This document shows, piece after piece, positions 23,660 through 36,350 of a DNA stretch of 64,000 bases. The notes beneath the pieces were generated by a model, which was given only the letters and a program-made list of their open reading frames with translations, did not search any database and was not told the DNA's origin. The stretch lies in contig OZ287759.1 in the NCBI GenBank assembly GCA_965649765.1, positions 28,768,001-28,832,000 of the forward strand. The letters run 5' to 3'. The position numbers and the translations under genes are program-made. The stretch is from Bispira polyomma. Taxonomy: Eukaryota. How positions within the stretch are numbered: the stretch's first letter is position 1; each line of letters starts with the position of its first letter.

Positions 23660-23870
23660 TATTAAGTGATAGGCACGAGACGACTTATTAAGGGGTGAGC
23701 ATGAGATGATCTAGTGATCACCACTTTATACAATTATCTGGTGATCACCACATCTCGTGCTCACCACTTAATAAGACTTAATAAGTGGTGAGCACAAGAA
23801 CATCTGGTGATCACTATTTATTAAGTGGTAAGCACGAGATCATCTGGTGATCACCAGATAAATGTATTTA
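23660..23870. repeat. Short tandem/inverted repeats of ttaataagtggtgagcacgaga...tctggtgatcacca
   Basis: Several degenerate copies in both orientations inside the foldback element. Confidence 0.7.
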
Positions 23871-23885
23871 GTTTTGAACTATATA

Positions 23886-24410
23886 CATCACTCTACTCCC
23901 AGACATAGAGGTCACTCAACACCCGCCCACGCCGCCCGCGTACGCACGTTAGGCCAGACACATATAATTCCTTGATTTTGACGGACAAATGGTCACAACC
24001 ATCGTCTCTCCACCTCCAGTTTCCTACCCAAAAAATCGGCTGCTTCAGGATTGGGCTTGGGATTTATTAATTACTAATATAGATTTATCAGTAGTGTATG
24101 TGTTATTATGTGTACAGTTAACACAACTAGTTATAGAATTAAAATAAATTCCCAAAGTTGTTAAACTGTTGTATTTATTGTTTGTTGATTTTATTATGTA
24201 CAAATCCACCCTTGGACTCGGGGATTATCCCTCATACCACTTAAGGCAACCCTAAATATTCTCAACCCATATAATTCTTGTTGTAAACTGTGTATATGGT
24301 CGTGACCATTTGTCAGTCTAAATCAAGAGATTAACTATGTCTGGCCTAACGTGTGTGTGTGTGTGTGTGGGCAGGTGTTAAGTGACTGCTATGTCTGGGA
24401 AGGGAGTGAC
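23886..24410. mobile_element. MITE with ~115-bp inverted arms nested in the foldback element
   Basis: tcactc..cccagacatag..cacgttaggccagaca..acaaatggtcac is mirrored by gtgaccatttgt..tgtctggcctaacgtg..ctatgtctggga..gagtga. Confidence 0.75.
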
Positions 24411-25439
24411 AGTGTAGAACAGTTCAGACTTATAGTTCAACTCTGTGAATGAGGGAAATATATTAAAATAGTTTTCCTTCTGAAGCACTGTACTGTTTAG
24501 AATCAGTGTGGAGCTTGCAAATCTAAAAGAAATACCTCTTACCCCACCCACCCTCTCTACCATATACACCCCACCCACCCTCTCTACCATATACACCCCA
24601 CCCAGTTTTCTGTTTACGGCAATAGCCCCTTAAAAGCAGAGATAGACATAAGTTATAATTATTTGTACTCTATCTTTTTACCATTTGGTTATTACATAAA
24701 AACACCAAAAGGAAACATCAATTGGACTTTTACACCCCTAACCCTATCTAAAACATTACTGAAGCCTACATTATTAAGTGGATTAATCGAGATATAAGTT
24801 ATTCAGTTAGTCAAGATACTATACAGTTTTAAGTTTTTAAGATAAAAACTTGGGTTTTTAGATAAAAAGATTTTATTTTACTTATGGTGCTGTTCCACTA
24901 TCACGAACGGTCGGGGAGAGGCCCTGATTATGAGATCGTGAGCAATCCTTGGCATTTTTTTACGATTTTTAAAAAAAAGTGCGGGGAAAAAAGGGGCCCC
25001 ACGATCTGTAAGATAAGTCGTACGACCGCCCTGATAAAGCGTAGGCAATACGATTGATCAGTCCGATTTGTATTCACATTTTTGGGCTCCCAACCTCCCT
25101 GATTGCTAAAGATAAGTCATTAGAACCCCCCACCAACCCGATAAGTAGTTAGCATTATGATCAATCAGCCTGATTAGTCGTCAAGATCACATTTTTTGGC
25201 TCCCAACTTCCCTAATTGCTAAAAATAAGTCGTTGGAATTACATACGATCTAAAAGATTGGTTGTAAGGGCATTACGATCCAGCCATTGGACACAAGGAT
25301 AAGTCGGCCGATGGAATGACTGATCCAGATTGAAATGTTGGTAATAATAATCGGCTGGTACCGTTTCCATCAAACGCTTTATAAACAAGGGTTGAAACTT
25401 GAATCCAGACAGTTTTTATTCACAAGTCAAGTGATCAAC

Positions 25440-26720
25440 ATGATTCCACAAAGAATAATAAATCCAGCAAATGGACTTGGGGCTGTAATTGCCTACATGC
25501 AACTGATGGTTATTATGGACATCAAAGACAGGATAAGACGATTAAGAAGGCAAATGGAAGCACTGAATGTACAGCCTCAGCCCCAGGCTCAGGTGGCCAG
25601 AAGATGAAGGACAAGGCCAAGGTTCTGGATCAAGCTCTGGCTCAGGGAAAGGGCAGCAAATGAACACTACACATTGCTCATGGCACGCCTAGAGCTGCAA
25701 GATCTCCAGTCGTACCATAACTTCCTCAGGATGCCCCCTGATATATTCCAGGAGATGGAGAGGCAGGTGGGGCACAAGATACAGAGACACACCACCTGGT
25801 ACAGGTAGGCACTGGCCCCTGGACTAAAGATAGCTATCTCTTTGTGGAATTTGGCTACTGGGGAGTCCTACACATCACTGCAGCACTCGTTCGTAATGGA
25901 AAGGCCAACCATAACTAAGTTTGTGCTAGAAGTTTGCCAGGAATTCCTCACATGCCCCACCAGCCCTGACAACTGGAAGAAGGTCGAGTCCGTGTTTTAG
26001 AACACGTGGAACGTTTCCAATGGCCTGGGGGTCAAAAACGGCAAACACATTGCTATGAGATACCCGAGGAAAGGTGTGAGCAAATTCCTCAGCTACAAAG
26101 GGTACAACTCAATCGTCATGCTTGCCCTGGTAAATGGGGATCACCATTTCCTGTGGGTCGACATAGGTTCAAGCGGCTCATGGATCATGGATTTTTAACA
26201 GATCCGAACTGAAGGAGAAAATAGAGGACCACTTAAGCAACACCCCCACCCCTTGAAACCATTAGCCCTGTCAGAGCCCCTGTCCCCTACTTCATCCTGG
26301 CATCCTGCATTTGCCCTAAAGACATAGTTGATAAAACCATACTCCCGACGGAGGGGGGGGGGGAGATGGACATGAACAAAATGATATACAAATACAGGAT
26401 CTCCAGAGGCCGAAGGGTGGTCGAAAATGCATTTGGGATTTTAGTCCAGAGATCCTGGGTGCTTCTGCCAATGATGCAGCAGGAACCACCAGTGGTGGCC
26501 ACCATAGCTTTAGCATGTGTGGTCCTGCACAATGTGATAAGGACCGCAGCTAATCCAGGCTAATCCAGGTAATCCAGAAGATGACCCAATTGTCCCACCC
26601 ATGGCAGCACGTGTTGGAGGAAACAACCCACCCAACTGTAAAAATCCCAGCAGGGCACCAAGAGAACAGAGGGAGCTACTCATGCAATATTTCACCAATG
26701 AGGGGGAAGTGTCCTAGCAG
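25440..26720 (+). pseudogene. Harbinger DDE transposase (HARBI1/DDE_Tnp_4-like) pseudogene
   Basis: Motifs LATGESYTSL, GKHIAM, KGYNSIVMLALV, RISRGRRVVENAFGIL, ACVVLHN spread over several frames with stops and frameshifts. Confidence 0.9.
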
Positions 26721-26829
26721 AACGACCAAGTTTGAGTCCACACCTGAGCCTGAGCCTAAGCCAAGAACAAACCTAAAAGGCCCTTTTCAGGGCCACCCAA
26801 AACATCCAAAAACAATGTTTGAGTGGTTG

Positions 26830-27550
26830 TTGAAAACCCCCATAAACACCCCTTATGACAAGAAGCATGAGCATGGTATTGCATCTGGGTTTGTGACTGG
26901 TACTGAGGATGCTGCTGGGACTGTGGCACTAGTTGTGGTCTAGCAACCCTGTCCTGGATAGTGTTTACAAGGTTAAATGCCTCCCTTCTGAAGTGGTTGA
27001 AATGTTCATGTGGCAATTTCTCGGCCTCCAATGTTAACCAGTTGAGAAATTCCCCCCTGGGTCCCTCAGTCCTGGGTTTGATGGCATCCTTGAAGAAGCC
27101 TGAGATGGTGCCCTGCATCGTGACCAGCACTATCTCTCAGCTCACTAGACAGTTCCGCCTCAGGGATCGGGGTTGATCTGGCACAGACTAAAGACTGCTT
27201 AGGGGAACTCCCAGGGGATGCTATCAGCAAGGAAGACTCCATCTTTGTGTCTGACTGGAACTTCATGATGCTCAGCTTGCCATAGATAGTCCTCTGTGAA
27301 AGAAACCACTTCTTCACTTTTTTATGTCCAATCCCTTGCCCGAGCAGAACTCCAGTCACAACATGTCTTTGTATCACGGGTCGCTCTTGTTGTATAGTCA
27401 TTTATGGTCCCACAGAAAGTCCACCAGTGCCTCCTCCTCTGCCTCACTGTACATGACCGTACGCATCTTCCCCTTCTTCTGTTTCCTCAATATAGAAGCC
27501 ACCTCTCCATGCCCCAGTTGTGTCAGCTTCATTCTCCTGGGTTCCCTCCT
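26830..27550 (-). pseudogene. Harbinger Myb/SANT (MADF-like) DNA-binding partner pseudogene
   Basis: LVDFLWDH..LYNK and KKWFLSQRTIYGKL, plus C-terminal EFLNWLTLEAEKLPHEHFNHFRREAFNLV; convergent to the transposase as is typical of Harbinger. Confidence 0.7.
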
Positions 27551-30009
27551 GCTTAATCACTGGAGTCTGTGAACGCTGAGAAAGCTGTGTCTCAGGGATG
27601 ACAAGGGGCACAATGCTTAACATTTTCTAACTGTAACATTTTATTCTAAAAAAATCAACAAATTACTGTTCTCAATAATAATCTCAATAATAATCTCTGT
27701 CTGTAGAATTATAGAATTGTTGATAGTTGTGAAGTCTCCAAGATGCTGTAGCTAAATGAATCGCTGTCACTAACCCCCTTATATACCCTAGGGCCTTCTC
27801 CCGACATGCGCGCCGACCAATAATATTTTGCGCCCGAGTTATTTTTTGACACCCGATATATCGTTTCAATTCCCTGACCTAGCTTTTGTCTCCCCGAGTT
27901 ATCTTTTCACTCAGCTGGTGCCAACAATGTATCGTTTGCTTGGCCCAACCTATCTTTTCGATCTGGGCATCCCTAACGACTTTTCTTGTGTTTTGTTATC
28001 ATTTCAATTGGAGGCAAACAAAGGATCTATCTTTGACACATGACATGATAAGTCAAAGGGTCAAAAGATAACTCGTAATGGCCCCCGACCTATTTTTGTG
28101 ATGGACAGATAAATAGTAATGAAATTTTAAACGGTATAGGGGAAGATTGAAAAGATAGGTCATTAGATGGTAAAGATAAGTCGTAAATTTGTTTACATTT
28201 GGCCCCTGACTGACCCCAATTGATCGGCCGTGCCACACATATTCGCCCCTGCTCCCATGTTTTAGAACCTCTGCAACCTCCCCTATTGGAAACAAAAAGT
28301 CGTTGGAACCCCCCGACCTCCCCAATAATTGGCCCATACAATGATGTTAACTTGATCTTATAATCATAACAATCGGGGGCTAGGATTGGCATAGTGGAAC
28401 AGGGGTATTACTTGAGATATTGAGTCAATTATTCGAGATAATTGGGGATAAATAATTTTTTCCATTGGTGGCCCATATATGCTTCCACAACCTGCATTAT
28501 GGTGGAAAAACCGTTATTTCACACATGTAAAGGTAGTTTTGTGACATCACACAGTCAGATGTATATTGCAGATATTCGTCTAATTTACTACCCTATAAAG
28601 TTATGCTGATGCTTATAAAGTTATGCTTATAAATTTATGCTTGTCTTTTTTTTTACATAATATAACACCTTATATTTTATTTTTGCCTTGGTGACAAAAT
28701 TTGTGATGTTATAAGGACTTGTAAAAGCAGGAGCTAGAAGGAACTGCCTGATTGGCTGTGTGAACGGTCCTAGGCATCTAAATTGTACACAAATACTTCA
28801 AAGAAAACAGGTAGTTTGACATTATTTCATGTACTGTTTTATGTACTTCCAAATTTGGGAACAGTATAAGCACCAAAACGAAATGCAGACTTCTTTGAAG
28901 CCCTGAAAAAGGGTAAACGGTAACAGGTAGTTTACTGTTTTATTCTTTTATTTAAAAAAAAGAGAAATAAAGTAATTAATGGTATGTCCCTTGATAAGAT
29001 ATACTGTTTTATGTACTACTAAATTTGGGACTAATATAACACCAAAAAGGAAATAGGGGTTATTTAAGGCCTCAAACAGTAAAACGGTAAAGGGTAATGG
29101 GTAGTTTACCGTTTTGTTCTTTTATAAAAAAAATCAATAAAGGAATTAACGGTATGCGCCTTGATTAAATCTGTTAAGGTTTTAAATGACTACTATTCTA
29201 TCGAAAGTGTAAATATCAAAAAAGATCAAAAGCGATATTCAACAATAAAAACCATGTAGTATTATAAACTAATGCGCTTAGTACACGTTTCTCCTGGTAG
29301 CAAAAACGTAAAAATTGCTATTTGCTGTCGAACAGCGGCTGATTGGCATAACCCATTGGCGACATGGAAATGTAGACTTATTCTAGAAAATGTGATTGTG
29401 TTTAACTCACTTAAAGAATATAGTTGTGATTAGTTTTGCACACACAACTGATTTTAAACTGAGGAGCAGTTTTAACTCATTGTAAATAAATTTGAAGACC
29501 AATATCTTCTTAGCAAAAGTGTATTATATTGCTTGTAATATATATACATGAATGATTAATAATATATGAAGATTCATTATATCACTTTGAGGCTTCTCTA
29601 TTTTTATTTTAGACCGACCTACATTACTAGAAGAATATTGTCATGGGTAACATGTGTGATTTTGTATGTGTTTATTTAACATTATAACGAACATGGCATC
29701 AACTGTTGTAAAACAATTGAAACAACAAGAGAGACTCCTTACCAATGAAATCCAACAATAAAAAATTATAAACTCATTACATAATATTATATTTCAAGAA
29801 GTCAATTATTACCGAAACTAAACATGGTATGCCAGATTTTGCGTGTAATAAGTAATTAGGTATATCAAATATTCAATTTCACAACCATAATGAGCAAAAT
29901 ATACAGTGGATGTCCTGTATATAACCTAATAAAGTGTGTTGACCTTTTAGCTAAAGACATTATATAAATATAATCATGAATCAATCAAAAGGCAATAGTA
30001 TCAAAAGCA

Positions 30010-30370
30010 GTGGAGTGGTAAAACAATACTAATTGTTCAAGTATTGGTATCATCAGCATATGTTGATATGTGGAGTGTTGTTTAACAGGAAGTTGTCATA
30101 ACTGCCTGTAATATTATTCTTATCATGATGATATCAGCTGATGTAATCTAATTCCATGAACCTTAGGAACTTATCCTTGACAATATTCTTTTGGTTTTTA
30201 TTTCCTGGAAACAATAGGTTTGTACAGTAAACCAAGTCATAATAGGTTATTTATATCTTATATAGATTTATACATTCTTCGATAATACTTGATTGTAGGT
30301 TGATGGCTGTCACTTTGTGATTGATATATATTGATACAGTTATATATTTGTCTGCACTATACATGTTCTT
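30010..30370. repeat. Diverged duplicate module A (ETS + STAT-like motifs)
   Basis: Co-linear similarity with 31515-31815; both copies retain ACAGGAAGT and TTCCTGGAA. Confidence 0.65.
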
Positions 30371-31514
30371 GTAACTTTCAGGAAATATAACTTATGAGGT
30401 CTCAGCCAAATGTGCAATTTACACTACCGGCTTGGTAACTGTTTCCTCTTAGCTTCCAAATGGGGTCATTACTAGTCACTATACCAAATACACCACAAAT
30501 AACACCCATATTTGTACAATACCTTGTTCTAAAGTACAAATCTCTAGATCTTCAGCAAGGATTATTCTATACAGTTGCCAAATAATCAGGAAATCAAGCT
30601 TTTCTCTAAATACGACTTAAATGAAAAGGGAAAGATTTTGTATCAACAAAAAATTGAATACTTTTTTAAAAGGAAAAAAAAACTTTCAATGCATCACACT
30701 TCAAAAACAATTTGCAACAAACTGAAGATTTTATTGCAGTGATACATTAAAATCCCCCGGAATAAATTTCTTATAGATTTTCAATTGCATGTATTGTCAT
30801 TTAGACGTAAATAAAAAAAAACACACCAACAATAACAACAAATAACTCAATGAAATCAGTACAATGTATTTTTACTATTCAATACGAAGTCCTTGATGTC
30901 TTTTTGTTATCTTGTATTATATATACTGTATTTTTATGCAGCTATTAATATTTATATATAGTCAATAGAGTAATTAGCTGTGGTTTTGACCACTCAAATA
31001 CCTATTTTATTACTGCAGACAAGAATAAGGCAGAGTACATCCAGATGCGTATGCATTGAAAAAGTTAGGGGTGCAATTTTTAAACCATTTGTATCATATA
31101 CAAATACATTTGTCACCGGACTTCATGGAACCACCCAATATTTACATCCTGGATGTTAGTTAGAATGCACGTATACTTCCTTTATAATATGTGCTCATAC
31201 ATGGTAAATGGTGCCCATTGAAAAAATATCAGCTTAAAGAAAAGGACAATGGTTTCTCCCTAAACCTTTGTCTCTCGGAAAGTAGTCTTCACTTCAAATT
31301 CTTTTTTTTCCTTTAGTTTCTCGCAATAGAAAATTGTTCATTCTATGCGAGGCCATTTTTGAATGTCGGAGGTATTCTGTTGGGTATGTTTTTGTCAGTT
31401 CTCGGAGATTATTTTTTCTTGTGGTTAAAAGGGTTAAGGTGAAGACGTTGGATAAATATATGGTCACAGGATAACATATTCAGTCATATTCTAAAGTCAA
31501 TTGTGTCAAAATTA

Positions 31515-31815
31515 ACAGTGTGGTCAAACAATATCAATGAATATTTTCTATAATTTTACAAAGATATGTCATCATCATGTGTTAATATGTCTTGTGTTGT
31601 CTAACAGGAAGTAGTTGTAAGTGGCTGTAATATGGTTCTTATGATGATAATGTTATAATTTGATACAAGAAAAATTCTATCAATTTCTCCATGACTCCAT
31701 GTTTTCTGTTTATATTTCCTGGAAACACGGAATAAAGACAAGATTTTTATCTCTACGTAGTTGTAGTTTGATACAGTAGTTTACCCGCCCACGCACTATA
31801 AATTTATTCAGTAAT
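31515..31815. repeat. Diverged duplicate module B (ETS + STAT-like motifs)
   Basis: ACAGGAAGT 31604-31612 and TTCCTGGAA 31716-31724; homologous to 30010-30370. Confidence 0.65.
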
Positions 31816-32437
31816 ATATCAATTTAAAGATTTGTTAATTTTTTCTTCACTGTACTTAATATCATAAATATGATAATCTTTAGGACATATTACCCGACAA
31901 AGTCAATGTAAAAAATGTAAAAATTGGTTCACATTGCCGAAGAGCCTTGGACGGTGAGAAACCTTCTGCAGTCGTGGCTTCAAATCTTGTTGGCAGTTCA
32001 CTTGCTTTTGCTCCTTTAAATGAAAAAAGTTAAACTATAATACACTATATAAATTAACCATTTCAACAAGAGATGTTTTTTAAAAGACACAAATGTATGG
32101 TGTCAAGTGGTGGTTGGGTGTCTTTTATTCAGATGTTTCTGTAAATTTGGCTCTGTGATGGTTATGTGTTTCCCGCAGGTTCCACCACTTGACAACAGTT
32201 GAAGTCCAAAGTAATAATAGTCTTTTTTGTAAGCTTTTTGATCATACTTTATTTCTTCTTTTAACAAACAACAGTTATAGTATCATATTAAGTCTTGATG
32301 GTGCTCTTCTGTGAGGCCTGATATAACTGGCTCTTTATTATAGACTCTGGGCACAAGGCCCAGATTGCTGTGCTTATCTGATCTCATCCCATCATATTAT
32401 AATATCTCTATATCTTTTTCTGGAGCATGTGCTGCTC

Positions 32438-32658
32438 CTTATATACACAACATTGGCATGCATGCTATGAGTCACACAGAGATTACAATCTCTGGAATTC
32501 TACAGGAAACACTGGTCACATGATTATAGAACATAAGTAAGATGCCAAATATGGAAGTCACATGATCAGGGATTTAGTTAATTGAGCAAAAGTTGATGCA
32601 TTGATTGGTCATGTGATCAGAACATTGCCTAATATGATATTGGGAAGAGTCATGTGAC
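32438..32658 (-). promoter_or_regulatory. Candidate promoter: TATA + AP-1 + four M-box/CLEAR-like E-boxes
   Basis: Minus-strand TATATAAG 32445-32438; TGAGTCA 32468-32474; TCATGTGA/TCACATGA at 32516, 32558, 32609, 32650. Confidence 0.45.
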
Positions 32659-34688
32659 TTGCCATGTTTGTAAATTGTTTCCTGTGAATCAGACATTCTT
32701 GTACTGGAGTGGGAGGAAGCAATAAATATTTTCAGGTAATGTGACCTCATTACAATGTTGGAAACTCATTCTCATAGCATCTCCACATCTTTACAAAATC
32801 TTACACAAACACATGAGAATTGGAGTTGTGTTTGAAGGACAAGTAACATAAACGCATTAATTATTACGCCACCGAGCGTAAACAGGCGACAACTTTTAGG
32901 CTGATACTAAGTTTATTTTGGGTGTTTTGCTCTGAAAACAAATTACAATGAATTGTCTTGTGATATAGCTCTCTGATTACCATATATATATAACTCACGA
33001 TATTGACACTCAACATTTCAAAAGCTTTTCACAATCCGACAAAAAATGCATATAATAGTACATTATGGAATTACTATGACGTGGTGTGAAATTTGGTATA
33101 TTGCACGAGCATATTTTATATTTTGTGATAAAAAAAGCCTTTCAGGATTTTGTTATATTTACAGAATGTTTTTTTTTCCTGAATGTATAAGAGTTTGAGA
33201 ATTATGCTCATTCGTTAACTAAGCTGCAACAACCCATGCGGATTTTTCTTGGGTGAAATAATCCACTGCAACTATATTTCTATTAATCAGGTTACAAACT
33301 ATTGTAAATACATATTAATTGCAATGAATGCATACAGAGCCGAGAAGGTCCAACTGAGAATACGTTGGATGAATAAATCAGTGAAAAACACAGAGGCTTG
33401 GAGGTCTAAATTGCAATGCACCAACAGATTTTGCTAAAACAGTCGTGTATGAGGGCATTTTAATACATGGGTTTTTCTAAACATGCATGAGGCCATTATG
33501 AGTAAAGTGACCGTCCATCATATTACGGGAATTCAGCATATTTATATAACAGCCTTGTGGAATAAGGATTTGTAGAGTTTCAAGGCAGACTTTATATGTA
33601 CCACCCCCTTTAAGAAACCAGAAACAACTGTTTAGTTTGTCATGTTTCTTTTCTGGTTAATGAAATAACACCTCAATTCTAAAAAACATGATTTGATTTT
33701 ACAATCTCTTAACTTGAAAATGAGTCTGTTATTCACTAATGTTCTTATCTTATTGTTACAGCCAATCAGATTCTGATTTTATTTTTAGCCAGTCAGATTG
33801 GTTGAGATTAAAATTTTAAAAGATTTAATCTTTGTGTGGATATCAGCCCTAGGTCGGTAGAATTTAAACTTTGCAAAAACTTGTTCTACAGACAAGTCTG
33901 TGTTATTAGTTATTGGTTTGACACTAACTCGTGCATAATCTTATCTAGCATTACTTTATATTTAAGTCATTTTCATACCTATCTATATATATCTATGAAA
34001 AGACAACATATCAAGAATTTTGTTCACCCTCGCAGATAGTTTTTCACATTTTTCTTTTCAATTCAAAAGAAAAACCAAATAAAAAAATTCATACACCTGA
34101 ATATCAATTATGGTTGGAAAAAAATACCGTGGAAAAAAAAATTGCATATCAATGAAAGTTTTGTGAGGTGAATAGATCCTTTGTGAATCATGTCACGAAC
34201 TTCTTGATGATTATAAATCAGAGATATAAAATTAACGTAATAAACACATGTTCACATAAATCTTATGATGAAGCCGTCCAAAGGCTGACACAGTTTGGGG
34301 GGTAGAGGTACCGTATTGCCTGTAAAATATGTCCTTGGGGCATTATGTACTACTACTTGAGTAGTCTGGGCTTTGATGGGCCGATCTTATTTACATGTAC
34401 CTATGTGGCTGGCTATGCATGGAGCTCAACAAATGAAAGTGGTCTAGATGAAATTGGCCGATCCATCGGTGAATTTCCCTCTGATGTCACATTTGGATAT
34501 CAAAATATTAAAGTCACATTTGTGTTACCTTTTCACACTAAAACGTCATGGAGATATCACTTACATGAACGAATACTCACTTATAACCAGTAATCCTAAT
34601 TTTAAAAGACAAATGGCCACATAATTGTACACAAACTAGTTACTTATGGTCACTAATCTTCACATTTGCAGACTTATGGAAAACTTAC

Positions 34689-34851
34689 CCACATCTTCTG
34701 CAACGTTTATGTCACATACTGTCGTGTGACACGAGTAATTACTTTTAAAAATAATGGGAAAAACCCTTGCCACAAATGGTAGATCTGTGGTGCTATTTGT
34801 GAACAGTTTAAATCTTTTGTGATGGAGATATGAATCTTCACTTATGGAAAC
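34689..34851 (-). other. Candidate exon of an unannotated minus-strand transcript
   Basis: atgtttcag| acceptor and GG|GTAAGT donor; frame open throughout (ORF 34660..34860). Confidence 0.45.
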
Positions 34852-36039
34852 CTGAAACATTTAGGTTATATTAAGCAGTTATTGTACTCGGTGTAGGTAT
34901 TAAGATGCATTTGGAATTTATTAAGCAATACATTCAACACATCGAGATTGTCTCCTATTTCATAATATGAAAAAATAAGATGTCTATAACTCTAAATCTC
35001 ACAACTGATATTTCCTGAATAATTCTGTCCAGTATGGAGACTTTCATCATCGTTTAACATGGACGGTTCGTAGGAAATGTTGCAGGGAATAAGAGGGTTT
35101 AGTATTTAAAAATGTACATTAATAGCTACCATGTTACAGCATACAGTTACATAGCCAAGTTTCTTTTATAATTATAAAAAGCTTAAAGAATTTATACCAG
35201 GTGAATGTACACCTGAGGCTATTTCACAAACATTCTTAGAATAAAGTTCTTTTTCAAGCCTCAGCCAATCAGATTATTTAAAATATATTTTTGGCCAATC
35301 AAATTGTTTGAAACAAGACAAATTGTTTGAAATTCAAGACTAAGAATCTTTGTGAATAGCAGAACAACAAACTTGGCTCTCATAATTCATGGATTCCCAA
35401 ACAGAGAACTCTCCTAGCAGAATATCTACTTTCTGATTGTAAACAATTATGTTACTTACAAGTGAATTTCATGCTGAAATAAATGTTTATATAATTTAAA
35501 ATTGTTTTTCTCAATATTTGTTTTGAAAAGACTTATCTTTAAATCCACTACTACGGAGATTGAGGGCCCGAAAGTCTGAATCAATTAGATAATCCACCCC
35601 AAAGCTAGCAGTCACAACATCAAGAAAATGATCATACAGGAAACAATTCTTAGACGTTAAAGCCCATAAATTGTAAAAAATGGTTGTGTGCCTAATGATG
35701 TATACCCAGATTAGGTTTTATATGTAGTAGCATTTAGTTTGGGTTTTACATCAATTTCAACAGCTTAGGTCATATTACGATGGCCAAATTCAATGGGTGG
35801 ACGAAACCAGTGGTGAAGCACTGTAAACCATCCCACCTACAAGTACCTGACAACCTTTCCCACATGAAGGAACAACGAAAATGATTATTTGAATGAACAT
35901 TGGTCAGAGGCTAGTGATTGTCAAGCGGGAGCTTCTAACCGCCAAGATACTGTGCCCCTTTGTTGTGCCTTAAAAGCCCCTACTGTAGAGATTAAGCCAC
36001 AGAGAGGTAGACTAGATTATATTACATCAACACAAATGT

Positions 36040-36350
36040 GGTGTCTGTAGCCTAGCGGTTAGAGTGAGGGAATTTTGGATCTGAGTGATCTGAGCACCAA
36101 GGTTCTATTCCCGCTGCAGTCCTGGAGATTGTACCCTTGGACAAGGTACTTTACACAAAGTTGTCCCTCTCTACCCAGGTGTATAAATAGGTACCTGAAT
36201 GCTAATCTGTGTTATAGTCATTGTGTGACATAAAGTATGCCTATCGAGGGGGCTGAGACTGAATAATTGGTTGACAAGCAGAAGAACCCCAGGCTGGGGG
36301 TGTGAACTATAAAGGCAGCTCAGACCTCAATAGGGGTGATATCAGACTGT
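36040..36350 (+). mobile_element. tRNA-derived SINE with CORE/Deu-type central domain
   Basis: tagcctagcggttagag head; tgtacccttggacaaggtacttt...ctacccaggtgtataaataggtacc core; related inverted copy at 42795-43070. Confidence 0.7.

Larger units (their letters stand above)
24885..28407. mobile_element. PIF/Harbinger DNA transposon (autonomous architecture, inactivated)
   Basis: TTA target duplication on both sides; TIR core CTGTTCCACTAT; subterminal gataagtcgt/acgatc repeats; convergent transposase and Myb/SANT-like genes. Confidence 0.9.
22979..29166. mobile_element. Foldback-type element with long inverted arms and nested insertions
   Basis: Termini aatcaagggacataccgttaattcctttattga / tcaataaaggaattaacggtatgcgccttgatt; inverted similarity continues ~600 bp inward; 6-bp direct repeat AAATCT at 22973-22978 and 29167-29172. 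Confidence 0.8.

Noticed and set aside
23660-23870. CRISPR-like palindromic repeats
   Set aside because: Units are degenerate, in both orientations, without unique regular spacers or cas genes, and lie inside a eukaryotic transposon
28484-28500. cacaacctgcat resembling miR-67/307
   Set aside because: Only about 12 nt match, no hairpin evident, and it lies within nested transposon sequence
32103-32387. Minus-strand frame interrupted by a single TGA (MRSDKH...DLI*YYNCC...) as a selenoprotein
   Set aside because: No similarity to known selenoprotein families, no redox motif around the TGA and no SECIS recognised; compatible with chance
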